Shown in pieces: positions 1 through 9,411 of a stretch of 32,000 bases of DNA. The notes beneath the pieces were generated by a model. It was given only the letters and a program-made list of their open reading frames with translations, did no database searches and was not told where the DNA came from. A program made the translations under genes and the position numbers. Position 1 is the stretch's first letter; every line of letters starts with the position of its first letter. The DNA lies in NCBI RefSeq assembly GCF_003044035.1, contig NZ_NVQC01000023.1, positions 1-32,000 of the forward strand, in the 5' to 3' direction. The DNA is from Candidatus Methylomirabilis limnetica. Lineage in GTDB: Bacteria; Methylomirabilota; Methylomirabilia; Methylomirabilales; Methylomirabilaceae.

Positions 1-434
1 CCCTTCCTCAAATGACTCCTTGGCCCCCACACGCGCCATCATGCGGCGAACCCCTGGAGAAAACGACGTGTTCTCAATATCCAGATCCTTGTCTTTTGGA
101 ATCAGACCTTTTTGACAGTCAGAACAATGATAATAGGCCCGCTTGATCTCAATCTCCGAGAGGACCGTTGTGACCTTCTTTATCCGATAATCCGTGAACT
201 CCGCCTCGTGCCCTGAGCCACAGAGAATCCGGGCCCCCCGATGATCTCCTGAATCAGCATTGATGAGCTGTTCCAGAAACACGCCTCCCACCTGATGCAT
301 GGCATGGCGTATAGAGAGCTCAGTGGCTTCCAGATCCAGACCTCCTCGCTTCTCCTTGTCCTGAAAAACACGTGTCATCAAGAAATTGATTTCTTTACGG
401 GCTTCCTGGAGAACCTCCTCTTCAATTTTTTTTT
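1..434 (-). CDS. Transposase downstream frame (orfB-like), partial, continuing beyond position 1
   Basis: My own translation of the reverse complement from 426 to 1 gives 142 codons with no stop: IEEEVLQEARKEINFLMTRVFQDKEKRGGLDLEATELSIRHAMHQVGGVFLEQLINADSGDHRGARILCGSGHEAEFTDYRIKKVTTVLSEIEIKRAYYHCSDCQKGLIPKDKDLDIENTSFSPGVRRMMARVGAKESFEEG. The RAYYxCxxC...SPGxxRMM block matches my memory of ISKra4-family transposases. It is absent from the ORF track because it has no stop inside the window. Confidence 0.6.
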
Positions 435-800
435 AAGCTCCTGCAGCTCATGTTCATCGTCTATCTCAGAAACCGGCCTGAGAAGACAAATCTTCTCGTT
501 TACTTCAATGGCCTCTTGGTACAGTCGAGCAAACTTTCTATAGTTTGCAATCTCCTTTTCGGTCTTCTCCAGTTCCGGCCCCATCCGAAGGTTTTGAGCC
601 CGACTCACCCCCTTTTGGGTCGTATTCCAAAGATACTGGGGCCCGTGTCCCGGGTGATCCGGTTGGAAGCAGGCGCAGTTCTTTTTCCCACACCTGCGAA
701 AGTTGACCGAAATCATCCCTGGACGAAAGTCGCCGACAGCCGACATCTGCAGGTAGATATTATCGCGGCGCTCTTCCAGTTGTTCAAGTGGTGTTGTCAT
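378..800 (-). CDS. Transposase upstream frame (orfA-like), a 140 aa Cys/His-motif protein
   Basis: ORF track 378..800. Motif RRCGKKNCACFQPDHPGHGPQY resembles the small proteins (DUF6788-like, from memory) encoded at the 5' end of ISKra4-type transposase genes. The frame stops 45 nt after an A9 run. Confidence 0.6.
   Translation of the reverse strand: MTTPLEQLEERRDNIYLQMSAVGDFRPGMISVNFRRCGKKNCACFQPDHPGHGPQYLWNTTQKGVSRAQNLRMGPELEKTEKEIANYRKFARLYQEAIEVNEKICLLRPVSEIDDEHELQELKKKLKRRFSRKPVKKSIS
426..434 (-). other. A9 homopolymer (T9 on the + strand), a candidate -1 frameshift or transcriptional-slippage site linking the two transposase frames
   Basis: Minus strand reads gag ctt aaa aaa aaa ttg. 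The zero frame continues to a TGA at 378-380. The -1 frame (att gaa gag ...) is open to the window edge and is closed by TAA immediately 5' of the run. Confidence 0.5.
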
Positions 801-811
801 AAGGCCTCCTT

Positions 812-838
812 ATCTGATTGCTCAATTAACAATCAGAT
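812..838. repeat. Perfect inverted repeat atctgattg-N9-caatcagat, 12 nt upstream of the transposase start codon
   Basis: Read directly: 812-820 atctgattg, 830-838 caatcagat. It could be an operator or a subterminal transposase-binding site. Confidence 0.5.
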
Positions 839-987
839 GATAGGCCAAAAAAAGGGAAAAGTCAATATTACCCATAAATTTGTCTTACACCCAGTTCCGG
901 GTTTGTCCTTGACCGTTTTTTCTCCCTTGTGGTAGGGTAAGACCCTGTTTTTTCAGTCTCGCATCCTGTTGCCCAAACGAGGCGGAG

Positions 988-2493
988 ATGTTGCACCCAT
1001 CGTTCGATGATTTTTCGCGAAAGGCCGAGGATGGGAACCTGATTCCCGTCTATCGCGAGATCCTCGCTGACATGGATACTCCGGTCTCGGCCTTTCGGAA
1101 GATCGATCGCGGCGAGTATGCCTTCCTGCTGGAGAGCGTTGAGGGGGGAGAAAAGTGGGGCCGCTATAGCTTTCTGAGCAGTAGCCCCGGCCTTATCTTT
1201 AAAGCGAAGGGATCGACGGTTGAGGTGATTACCGAAGCCGGAATTGAATCTCACGCCATCGAGAAAGACGTGCTGGAGCCACTGAAGGCGATCCTCGCGC
1301 GGTATCGGCCGGTGCGTACGGATGGTCTTCCCAGGTTCTATGGGGGGATGGTGGGGTTTTTGGCCTACGATGTCGTTCGACAGTTCGAACGGCTTCCGGC
1401 GATGACCAAAGACGATCTCGACCTACCCGACGCCCTCTTCCTCCTGCCCGATACCCTGCTGATCTTCGACAATGTCTCTCACCGGATCAAGGTGGTTTCC
1501 AATGTCCTTGTTCCCGAGGCGAATCCGCGGCGGCTCCGGGAGGCGTACGACGATGCCGCCAGGAAGATCGATGCGGTTGTCGAGGCGCTGCGGCGTCCAC
1601 TTGATGTGCGCCACACGGAGGGCCGAGGCGCGGGAGAGCTGCAACTTGGCTCCACCATGAGCCGTGCAGAGTTCATCCAGGCCGTACAGCGCGCCAAGGA
1701 GTATGTGCGGGCTGGGGATGTTGTCCAGGCGGTGATCTCCCAGCGTCTATCGACCAAAACCTCGGCCGATCCTTTCGATGTCTACCGGGCCCTCCGAATC
1801 ATTAACCCGTCACCGTATATGTACTACCTGCGTTTGGGCGATTTCCAGGTGGTCGGTAGTTCACCTGAGGTACTCGTCCGATTGGAGGAGGGGAGGATCG
1901 ATCTCCGTCCGATCGCCGGCACCCGCCCCAGGGGGCAGAGCGATGCAGAAGACCTGGCCCTGGAGCAGGAACTGCTCGCCGATCCCAAAGAACGGGCAGA
2001 GCACATCATGCTGGTAGACCTCGGACGAAACGATGTCGGGCGGGTGGCCGAGGTAGGGTCGGTCACCGTCTCGGAGCTGATGACGGTGGAGCGGTATTCG
2101 CACGTGATGCATATCGTCTCCAACGTCAAAGGAATGCTCGCTGAGGGGTGTGATGCCTTCGATCTGCTGCGTGCCTGTTTTCCCGCTGGAACGGTGACCG
2201 GCGCTCCCAAGATACGAGCCATGGAGATTATCGAGGAGCTGGAGCCGGTGCGCCGAGGGCCGTATGCGGGCGCGGTCGGGTATTTTGGCTTCTCCGGCAA
2301 CATGGATACCTGTATTACTATCCGCACCGTTGTCATCACCGACGGGACCGCACATGTCCAGGTAGGCGCCGGGATCGTCGCCGACTCCGACCCGGAGCGG
2401 GAATACGAGGAGACGATGAATAAGGCCAAGGGGATGCTCAAGGCGATCGAGATGGCTGAATCAGGCGATCTCTGGATCGGATGTGCGGGGTAA
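988..2493 (+). CDS. trpE: Anthranilate synthase component I
   Basis: 501 aa. Motifs LLESVEGGEKWGRYSF, IAGTRPRG and GAPKIRAMEIIEELE are typical of TrpE. First gene of a trp gene series. Confidence 0.95.
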   Translation: MLHPSFDDFSRKAEDGNLIPVYREILADMDTPVSAFRKIDRGEYAFLLESVEGGEKWGRYSFLSSSPGLIFKAKGSTVEVITEAGIESHAIEKDVLEPLKAILARYRPVRTDGLPRFYGGMVGFLAYDVVRQFERLPAMTKDDLDLPDALFLLPDTLLIFDNVSHRIKVVSNVLVPEANPRRLREAYDDAARKIDAVVEALRRPLDVRHTEGRGAGELQLGSTMSRAEFIQAVQRAKEYVRAGDVVQAVISQRLSTKTSADPFDVYRALRIINPSPYMYYLRLGDFQVVGSSPEVLVRLEEGRIDLRPIAGTRPRGQSDAEDLALEQELLADPKERAEHIMLVDLGRNDVGRVAEVGSVTVSELMTVERYSHVMHIVSNVKGMLAEGCDAFDLLRACFPAGTVTGAPKIRAMEIIEELEPVRRGPYAGAVGYFGFSGNMDTCITIRTVVITDGTAHVQVGAGIVADSDPEREYEETMNKAKGMLKAIEMAESGDLWIGCAG

Positions 2494-2499
2494 ACGCAG

Positions 2500-3066
2500 A
2501 TGCTGGTCGTCATCGATAACTACGATTCCTTCACCTATAATCTGGTCCAGTATCTGGGCGAGCTCGGCGAACGTCCTCGCGTCTTCCGGAACGATCAGAT
2601 CACCCTGGAGGAGGTTGCTTCGCTTCATCCGGATCGGATTGTGATCTCTCCGGGACCGAAGACGCCGAAAGAAGCCGGCATCAGTTGTGATCTGATCCTA
2701 CAGTTTGCCGGACAGATCCCGATCCTTGGTGTCTGCCTCGGTCATCAGTGCATTGGTGCCGCGTTTGGCGGCCAGATCGTGAGGGCGTCTCGCTTGATGC
2801 ACGGCAAGACCTCTCCGATTCACCATGACGGTCGGACTATCTTCTCCGGACTCCCGAACCCCTTTGAGGCAACGCGCTACCATTCGCTCCTTGTGAATAG
2901 GGAGGGTTTACCGGATTGTCTGGAGATTTCCGCCGAGACCGCCGAAGGAGAGATTATGGGAGTTCGCCACAAGGAGCATCAGATCGAAGGGATTCAGTTC
3001 CACCCCGAATCGATCCTGACGAAGGAAGGTATGGCCCTGCTCAGAAACTTCCTCTCACTCTCCTGA
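2500..3066 (+). CDS. trpG: Anthranilate synthase component II (glutamine amidotransferase)
   Basis: 188 aa. [19 protein letters not shown], catalytic GVCLGHQ, and C-terminal FHPES. Confidence 0.95.
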   Translation: MLVVIDNYDSFTYNLVQYLGELGERPRVFRNDQITLEEVASLHPDRIVISPGPKTPKEAGISCDLILQFAGQIPILGVCLGHQCIGAAFGGQIVRASRLMHGKTSPIHHDGRTIFSGLPNPFEATRYHSLLVNREGLPDCLEISAETAEGEIMGVRHKEHQIEGIQFHPESILTKEGMALLRNFLSLS

Positions 3067-3093
3067 ATGACAGCAATAATACAGGTATAGCTA

Positions 3094-4128
3094 ATGATCC
3101 TTGAAGCGTTACAGAAGGTGGTAGAGCGAAGAGACCTCAGCCCTGAAGAGGCCTTCATGACCATGGAAGAGATGATGTCAGGAAAGGCGTCTGACCCGCA
3201 GATCGCAGCCTTCCTCACGGCGCTTCGATGTAAGGGCGAGACGGTGGTTGAGGTAACCAGTTTTGCCAGGGCGATGCGGGCGCACGTGTTTCCGGTGGTG
3301 GTAGGGGCACGTTGCAACGTGCCCCTCTTAGTCGATACCTGTGGTACCGGGGGCGATGTCAGCCACACCTTTAACATCTCAACGGCGGCGGCCTTCGTGG
3401 TGGCCGGAGCAGGTATCCAGGTGGCCAAGCATGGCAACCGCTCGGTGTCGAGTCTGTGCGGAAGCGCTGATGTCATGGAGGCGCTGGGCGTAGACCTCGC
3501 GCTCACGCCGCAGCAGGTGGGGGACTGCATCGACGAAGTCGGGATCGGATTCCTGTACGCGCCGCTTTTGCACATAGCCATGCGGTACGTGATGACGGCT
3601 CGCAGGGATATACGGATCCGAACGGTGTTCAATATTCTTGGTCCCCTGACCAATCCTGCCGGTGCATCGGCTCAGGTAGTGGGCGTGTATGAGGAACGTC
3701 TTACCGAACTCTTAGCCAGCGTGCTGAATGCTCTTGGGTCGAAGCGGGCGTTTGTCGTGTGTGGCCTTGACGGGCTTGATGAGCTCTCACCCACGGGAGA
3801 GAGTAGGGTCTCCGAGGTCAAGGATGGGCATGTTCACACGTACATGGTCGCGCCGGAGGATTTCGGTATCAAGCGGGCAACGCTTAGCGACCTGCGGGGC
3901 GGCAGTGCCGCGGAGAATGCAGAGATCATCAAACGGATCCTGGATGGGGAGGAGGGGCCGAAACGCGACGTTGTGGTGATGAACGCCGCCCTCGCTATCG
4001 TTGCTGGCGGTAAGGCTGATGACTTCCAGGATGGGGCCACACTGGCTGCTCACTCAATCGATAGCGGTGCCGCCGCGGAGAAGCTCTATCGCCTGGTAGA
4101 GTTCAGCCGGCGACACTGCTGGCAGTGA
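3094..4128 (+). CDS. trpD: Anthranilate phosphoribosyltransferase
   Basis: 344 aa. DTCGTGGD, KHGNRS and NILGPLTNPA motifs. Confidence 0.95.
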   Translation: MILEALQKVVERRDLSPEEAFMTMEEMMSGKASDPQIAAFLTALRCKGETVVEVTSFARAMRAHVFPVVVGARCNVPLLVDTCGTGGDVSHTFNISTAAAFVVAGAGIQVAKHGNRSVSSLCGSADVMEALGVDLALTPQQVGDCIDEVGIGFLYAPLLHIAMRYVMTARRDIRIRTVFNILGPLTNPAGASAQVVGVYEERLTELLASVLNALGSKRAFVVCGLDGLDELSPTGESRVSEVKDGHVHTYMVAPEDFGIKRATLSDLRGGSAAENAEIIKRILDGEEGPKRDVVVMNAALAIVAGGKADDFQDGATLAAHSIDSGAAAEKLYRLVEFSRRHCWQ

Positions 4129-4137
4129 GCCGAAGCG

Positions 4138-4944
4138 ATGATGCTGCGTCGTATTCTTGAGCACAAGCGTCAAGAGGTGGCCGAACGGGAGGCGGTGATC
4201 CCGCTTGCGGAGCTGATGGCGCAAGCGTTCGACTCACCGCCACCGCGCGATTTCACGGCGGCCGTGACAAGAAGACGAATGGAGTCGGCGACGCGTGAGC
4301 CCCTGAAGGCGATCGCCGAGATTAAACGCGCCTCACCTTCCGCGGGACTGATCCGCGAGTCGCTTGACGTGGCTGAGCTTGCGGTGTCCTACCGGGAGGC
4401 GGGCGCAAGTGCGATCTCAGTTCTCACAGATGGCCGGTTCTTCAAAGGGAGCCTGAAGGATATCGCGACAGCCAGGGGGGCGATCGATCTGCCGGTACTC
4501 AGGAAGGAGTTCATCGTGAGCCCCTACCAGATTTACGAGAGTCGCGCGCATCGGGCAGACGCGATTCTACTTATCGTGGCGGCCCTTGATGCTTCGCAAC
4601 TGGTGGACTTCTATTCGCTGGCCACATCGCTTTCACTGCACCCGCTGGTTGAGGTCCACACCCTCGCAGAACTTGAGACCGCCAAGAAGGCGGGGGCCAC
4701 GCTTATCGGGATCAATAATCGGAATCTTGCAACCCTGGAGACCAGTGTAGACACCACGTTTGCGCTCTTGCCATACCTTCCCCCGAAGGCGGTGGTCGTG
4801 AGTGAAAGCGGCATCAGCCGCCCCGAAGATGTACGGCGTCTGACCGAAGCTTCCGTGGATGCGATCCTGGTAGGCGAAGCTTTGCTCTCGAGTCCGGATC
4901 CTGGCGGCAGGCTTCGCGAGTTGTTGCTGGATGCCAACGGATGA
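4138..4944 (+). CDS. trpC: Indole-3-glycerol phosphate synthase
   Basis: 268 aa. EIKRASPS, LRKEFIV and GINNRNL motifs. The start could be 4138 or 4141 (tandem ATG). Confidence 0.93.
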   Translation: MMLRRILEHKRQEVAEREAVIPLAELMAQAFDSPPPRDFTAAVTRRRMESATREPLKAIAEIKRASPSAGLIRESLDVAELAVSYREAGASAISVLTDGRFFKGSLKDIATARGAIDLPVLRKEFIVSPYQIYESRAHRADAILLIVAALDASQLVDFYSLATSLSLHPLVEVHTLAELETAKKAGATLIGINNRNLATLETSVDTTFALLPYLPPKAVVVSESGISRPEDVRRLTEASVDAILVGEALLSSPDPGGRLRELLLDANG

Positions 4945-5564
4945 TACGGGTCAAGGTATGCGGGATTACGTCGCGCGAAGATGCCTGGGCCGCCGTGGAG
5001 GCAGGGGCCGATGCTCTTGGATTCATCTTTGTGAAAGGGACCCCTCGGCATATCGAGCCCGAGGCGGCCGCCGTCATCGTCGCCCAGATGCCGCCATTTG
5101 TGGCCACCGTGGGGGTGTTTATCGACCGGATGCCCGAGGAGATAGATCGGATCATGATCGCGTCCGGTCTCAGCCTCGCGCAATTGCATGGGGCCGAGAG
5201 CCCGGCAGACTGCGGTCGCCTTCGTGTCCCTTTCGTGAAGGTGATCCGGGTCCAAGGCGAGTACGACCTGGAGGCGTTACGCACCTATCCGCAGGCGAGG
5301 GCGTTCCTGCTGGATACCTACGTTGCTGATCGACCGGGCGGGACCGGCAGGACCTTTCCTTGGGAGATCGCGGCCAAGGCTGCGCGCCAAGTCAGGGTGA
5401 TCCTGTCCGGTGGGCTGACCCCGGACAATGTCGCTATCGCGGTGACCCAGGTCAGGCCGTATGCTGTCGATGTCTGTAGCGGTGTCGAAGCCTCCCCAGG
5501 CCGGAAAGATCATCAGAAGGTGAGGGAGTTCATTGAGCGAGCAAGAAAAGCCGATGCACGCTGA
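4941..5564 (+). CDS. trpF: Phosphoribosylanthranilate isomerase
   Basis: 207 aa. [10 protein letters not shown] start. ATGA start/stop overlap with trpC. Confidence 0.92.
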   Translation: MIRVKVCGITSREDAWAAVEAGADALGFIFVKGTPRHIEPEAAAVIVAQMPPFVATVGVFIDRMPEEIDRIMIASGLSLAQLHGAESPADCGRLRVPFVKVIRVQGEYDLEALRTYPQARAFLLDTYVADRPGGTGRTFPWEIAAKAARQVRVILSGGLTPDNVAIAVTQVRPYAVDVCSGVEASPGRKDHQKVREFIERARKADAR

Positions 5565-6768
5565 GGCGCGACATCAGGGCCCGCTTCCCGATGCCAGCGG
5601 ACACTTCGGCAGATACGGAGGGAAGTTTGTTCCGGAGACGTTGATGGCAGCGCTCACGGAGCTGGAGAAGGTCTATCTCGAGGCCAAGGCCGACCCCGGT
5701 TTTCAGTCCGAGCTGCAAGGCTATCTCCGGCATTATGTGGGACGCCCGACGCCCCTCTATTTCGCGCGCCGGCTGACGGAATATTTGGGAGGGCCTCGGA
5801 TCTATCTCAAGCGCGAGGATCTTTGCCATACGGGTGCGCACAAGATCAATAATACGATGGGCCAGATCCTCCTCACTCGTCGCATGGGAAAGTCTCGGGT
5901 CATCGCTGAGACGGGGGCCGGACAGCATGGGGTGGCTACGGCCACGGTAGCCGCGCGGTTTGGTCTTGCCTGTGAAGTCTTCATGGGCACCGAGGATATG
6001 CGGCGGCAGGCCTTGAACGTCGTCCGTATGCGCCTGCTTGGCGCAAAGGTTACTCCGGTCGAATCAGGGAGCAGGACCCTGAAGGATGCGATCAACGAGG
6101 CGATGCGTGACTGGGTCACGAACGTCGAGACGACACACTATATCCTGGGCTCGGTCCTGGGAGCCCATCCGTACCCGATGATGGTTCGAGACTTTCAATC
6201 GGTCATCGGTAGGGAGGCCAGGGCGCAGATCATGGAGTTAGAGGGGCGACTGCCGGACTACCTGGTGGCCTGCGTCGGCGGAGGTAGCAACTCGATCGGC
6301 CTGTTCCATGACTTTCTTGACGAGCCCGCTGTTCGGATGATCGGGGTGGAGGCGGGCGGTCTGGGCATCGAGACCGGTCGCCATGCGGCCAGATTCGCGA
6401 CCGGCGAGTTGGGCGTCCTGCACGGGACGATGAGCTTCATCCTGCAGGATGGCGATGGTCAGATTCAGGAGACCCATTCGGTCTCTGCCGGACTCGATTA
6501 TCCAAGCGTCGGTCCGGAGCACAGTTACCTCCGAGACCTCGGGCGGATCGACTTTGTCTCGGCCACCGATGCGGAGGCGCTGGAGGCCTTTCAGCTCCTA
6601 AGCGAACTCGAGGGCCTCATCCCGGCCCTGGAGAGCGCTCACGCCATCGCCCACATCAAGAAGCTGGCCCCGACACTGGCCAAGGATCAGATTGTCGTAA
6701 TCAACCTCTCGGGCCGAGGTGACAAAGACGTGGAGGTTGTCGCCAAGCTGTTAGGGTGCGAGGGGTAG
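5533..6768 (+). CDS. trpB: Tryptophan synthase beta chain
   Basis: 411 aa. [22 protein letters not shown] (PLP lysine) and GGGSNSIG. An alternative start at ATG 5554 is equally plausible, and both overlap the trpF 3' end. Confidence 0.95.
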   Translation: MSEQEKPMHAEARHQGPLPDASGHFGRYGGKFVPETLMAALTELEKVYLEAKADPGFQSELQGYLRHYVGRPTPLYFARRLTEYLGGPRIYLKREDLCHTGAHKINNTMGQILLTRRMGKSRVIAETGAGQHGVATATVAARFGLACEVFMGTEDMRRQALNVVRMRLLGAKVTPVESGSRTLKDAINEAMRDWVTNVETTHYILGSVLGAHPYPMMVRDFQSVIGREARAQIMELEGRLPDYLVACVGGGSNSIGLFHDFLDEPAVRMIGVEAGGLGIETGRHAARFATGELGVLHGTMSFILQDGDGQIQETHSVSAGLDYPSVGPEHSYLRDLGRIDFVSATDAEALEAFQLLSELEGLIPALESAHAIAHIKKLAPTLAKDQIVVINLSGRGDKDVEVVAKLLGCEG

Positions 6769-6817
6769 GGGCAGGGAAAGGGTGTGCTGGGTAGGGGCAG
6801 TCCCTTGTGGCTGCCCT
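6765..6817. repeat. Short intergenic element: direct repeat gtaggggcag (6765-6774, 6791-6800) plus hairpin gggcag-N10-ctgccc (6795-6816)
   Basis: Read directly in the trpB-trpA spacer. The first copy overlaps the trpB stop codon. Confidence 0.6.
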
Positions 6818-6834
6818 GAGTGCGAGGTGCAAAC

Positions 6835-7632
6835 ATGAACCGAATTGACGAGCGCTTCCATCGTCTCAAGCAGGCCGGAGAGCGGGCCCTGATGCCGTAC
6901 CTGACTGCCGGCGATCCCGATCTTGCTACCACCCGTTCACTCATCCTGGAGTTCGAGAGGCGAGGGGCGGATCTTATAGAGATCGGCGTTCCTTTCTCTG
7001 ACCCTTTGGCCGACGGCGTCACCATCCAGCGTGCATCGCAACGCTCATTGTTGGCCGGTACGACGCTCCCGCGAATCATCGAGATGGTAGGGGGGCTTCG
7101 TGCTGACTGCCGGCTGCCGCTACTCCTGATGAGCTACGTGAACCCGATCTTTCACTTTGGTTATGCTCGATTCGCCAAGGAGGCTGCAGCGGCCGGCGTC
7201 GATGGGCTGATCGTACCGGATCTTCCACCCGAAGAGGCGGCCGAGCTGGTTGAGGCGACAGCCGCTCACAACCTTCATACGGTATTCCTGATCGCCCCGA
7301 CCAGCCCGCAACAGCGCGTGCGGACGATCGCGGCTGCATCGAAAGGCTTCATCTACTATGTCTCCTTGCGGGGTGTGACGGGGGTTCGTTCCGGGCTCAG
7401 CGACGATCTTGATGCCAGCCTTCGGTTGATCAGAGCGGAGACCGACCTGCCGCTCGCGGTGGGGTTTGGCATCTCAACGCCGGAGCAGGTGCGGATGGTG
7501 TCGAGGGTGGCGGATGGGGTGATCGTAGGAAGCGCCATCGTTTCGCTACTGGAACAAACAGCCGGGCAGCCAGATCAGTTGAAACGCGCGGGCGATTTCG
7601 TTGCGTCACTAAAGGCCTCGACAATCGAGTAG
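6835..7632 (+). CDS. trpA: Tryptophan synthase alpha chain
   Basis: MNRIDERFHRLKQAGERALMPYLTAGDP and EIGVPFSDPLADG motifs. ATG 6835 is preceded by gaggtg. The ORF track's longest form starts at GTG 6820. Confidence 0.93.
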   Translation: MNRIDERFHRLKQAGERALMPYLTAGDPDLATTRSLILEFERRGADLIEIGVPFSDPLADGVTIQRASQRSLLAGTTLPRIIEMVGGLRADCRLPLLLMSYVNPIFHFGYARFAKEAAAAGVDGLIVPDLPPEEAAELVEATAAHNLHTVFLIAPTSPQQRVRTIAAASKGFIYYVSLRGVTGVRSGLSDDLDASLRLIRAETDLPLAVGFGISTPEQVRMVSRVADGVIVGSAIVSLLEQTAGQPDQLKRAGDFVASLKASTIE

Positions 7633-7703
7633 GTACCCACAAGCTTGCGCCCGCGGGTATCTGCCGCTGATCTTGAGTGTTACGCTTGGCTTCGGACTTT
7701 CGC

Positions 7704-7732
7704 TTGACAAGCCCCATGTAATGTCATATGAA
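7704..7732 (+). promoter_or_regulatory. Candidate sigma70-type promoter upstream of pilM: TTGACA-17 nt-TATGAA
   Basis: ttgaca at 7704-7709 and tatgaa at 7727-7732, about 50 nt upstream of the pilM start. The -35 sits in tttcgcttgacaagcc, which resembles the gcttgac(a/g)agcc module of the repeat family at 17066, 20059 and 27429. Confidence 0.35.
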
Positions 7733-7781
7733 GGTGATACAATACTGCCTTTCGATAACGGATCGTGGTCAAAAGTAGAGA

Positions 7782-8858
7782 ATGACAATGCTTTCATGGA
7801 TGACGCGTCAAAAGGAGCTGGTAGGGCTGGATATTGGAACCAGCTCTGTCAAGGCCGTGCATCTTCAACGATCACGAAGCGCCTATCAATTAGCTGAAAT
7901 TGGCATCGCCCGCATCCATCCCGAGACGATCGTGGATGGAATCATTACGGACGCCGCCACGATCAGCACCGCCATCCGGCAACTCTTCAAAGAGCACGGC
8001 ATCGCCATCAAGGACGTGGCTTTTTCTGTTTCGGGCAACTCGGTGATTAGCAAAAAGATTAAAGTTCCCAAGATGAAGAAGGCGGAACTCCGCGAAGGGA
8101 TCATATGGGCGGCTGAGCAGCACATTCCCTACTCGATCGAGGATGTTAACCTTGACTTCCAGATCCTTGGAGAGGCCGGTCCTGACGAGCAGGAGATGGA
8201 TGTACTGCTGGTCGCAGTGAAAAAGGACACACTCAATGCTTATCTGGCTGTCATTACTGCGGCCGGGCTGAGCGCCGCAGTCGTTGATGTGGACGCCTTC
8301 GCCATCGAGAATGCCTTTACGATATCCAAGAAGGTCCAGCCGGGCGAGGTGGTGGCCCTCGTGAACATCGGAGCGGCCGTTACCAATATTAATATTCTTG
8401 ACGGCGGGATTTCGGAATTTACCAGGGATAGCCCGCTGGGGGGCAACCGACACACCGAGTCGATACAGAAGAGCGCGGGCTTAAGTTTTGAACAGGCCGA
8501 GTCGCTAAAGAGGGGAGAGCCCGTTGCGGGGCATAGCGTTGCGGAAGCAAAGCCTGTAATCGAGATGGCCAATAACGAATTAGCTGGGGAGATACGACGA
8601 TCCTTCGATTTTTATTACTCGACGAGCCAACGGGATACTATACACCGGGTGGTGTTAAGCGGCGGATGCGCGCTGTTGCCGGACATGGCGGCATCCCTTT
8701 CAAGTGTGCTTGAGCTTCCTGTTGAGGTTACCAATCCTTTTCAGTACATTACTGTGGACCCGAAGAAGTTCGATGCTCAGTACCTGGCCTCTGTCGCTCC
8801 TCAGATGACAGTTGCCGTGGGATTGGCCCTTCGGGAGCCGGAGGATGATGCGGGATGA
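7782..8858 (+). CDS. pilM: Type IV pilus assembly protein PilM (actin-like ATPase fold)
   Basis: 358 aa. VGLDIGTSSVKAV N-terminal motif, followed by pilNOPQ. In-frame ATGs at 7788 and 7800 are alternative starts. Confidence 0.9.
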   Translation: MTMLSWMTRQKELVGLDIGTSSVKAVHLQRSRSAYQLAEIGIARIHPETIVDGIITDAATISTAIRQLFKEHGIAIKDVAFSVSGNSVISKKIKVPKMKKAELREGIIWAAEQHIPYSIEDVNLDFQILGEAGPDEQEMDVLLVAVKKDTLNAYLAVITAAGLSAAVVDVDAFAIENAFTISKKVQPGEVVALVNIGAAVTNINILDGGISEFTRDSPLGGNRHTESIQKSAGLSFEQAESLKRGEPVAGHSVAEAKPVIEMANNELAGEIRRSFDFYYSTSQRDTIHRVVLSGGCALLPDMAASLSSVLELPVEVTNPFQYITVDPKKFDAQYLASVAPQMTVAVGLALREPEDDAG

Positions 8859-9397
8859 TCAGGATCAACCTTCTCCCGCGTGAGGAGCGACAAAGAAAGG
8901 TTCATGTCAAGGCCACTCAGGCAGCGATCATTGCCGTGGCGGTCCTTGTTGCCGGAGGGATGTTGGGGTACTGGTATTACGTGAAGCGGGACGTGCAACA
9001 ACTGCGAGCCAATATCGTCGCGACGCAGAGTGAGATCGACACAAACAAAAAGATCGTCCTGTTGGTCGAGCAGTACACTCGCGACAAGAAACAGCTTCAG
9101 GACCGGCTGACACTCGTTCAGCGCTTGGCCTTCGATCAAAATAGCCCGGTCCGTCTGCTTGATGGTATCAGTCAAGCATTGCCTGATGGCGGCTGGATCA
9201 CCGGAATCAGTAAAGTCTCCGGGAGGCTCGTCATTCAAGGATATGCCTCCTCACACTTTGCTGTTGCGGAATTGATGCTGGCGCTTCAGCGACTCCAGTC
9301 GATCGTGAGCAGCGTTGAGCTAAACTTTTCAGAGCTTGCGCTGTACGAAGGCCGGCCGGTCGAACGGTTCGAGATCCTTGCGACCCTGTCGGGGTAG
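8855..9397 (+). CDS. pilN: Type IV pilus assembly protein PilN
   Basis: 180 aa. MIRINLLPREER start, one TM helix and a coiled-coil segment. ATGA overlap with pilM. Confidence 0.88.
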   Translation: MIRINLLPREERQRKVHVKATQAAIIAVAVLVAGGMLGYWYYVKRDVQQLRANIVATQSEIDTNKKIVLLVEQYTRDKKQLQDRLTLVQRLAFDQNSPVRLLDGISQALPDGGWITGISKVSGRLVIQGYASSHFAVAELMLALQRLQSIVSSVELNFSELALYEGRPVERFEILATLSG

Positions 9398-9411
9398 GCG
9401 GGAGGAGGGGG

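Larger units (their letters stand above)
1..840 (-). mobile_element. Partial insertion sequence (ISKra4-family-like), cut by the left window edge. The right boundary cannot be determined and lies somewhere between 801 and about 960.
   Basis: Two consecutive minus-strand transposase frames (378-800 and 1-434). AT-richer than the neighbouring trp genes (hand count 23/60 G+C in 841-900). An inverted repeat sits just upstream of the transposase start. Confidence 0.6.

Noticed and set aside
450-935. 161-aa + strand ORF (and 295-543) antisense to the transposase frames.
   Set aside because: It lies entirely opposite the better-supported minus-strand transposase frames, has low-complexity Leu/Phe/Ser composition and no recognisable motif. 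It is most likely a shadow ORF.
837-953. Possible trp leader peptide and attenuator: a 32-codon ORF (ATG 837) ending ...SPLW-stop (Trp codon 930-932, TAG 933-935), overlapping a small hairpin agggt-aag-accct (934-946) followed by tttttt (948-953), 35 nt before trpE.
   Set aside because: There is only one Trp codon, no Shine-Dalgarno sequence before the ATG, the stem is only 5 bp, I could find no alternative antiterminator pairing, and the region may belong to the IS end. It is suggestive geometry but not supportable as a feature.
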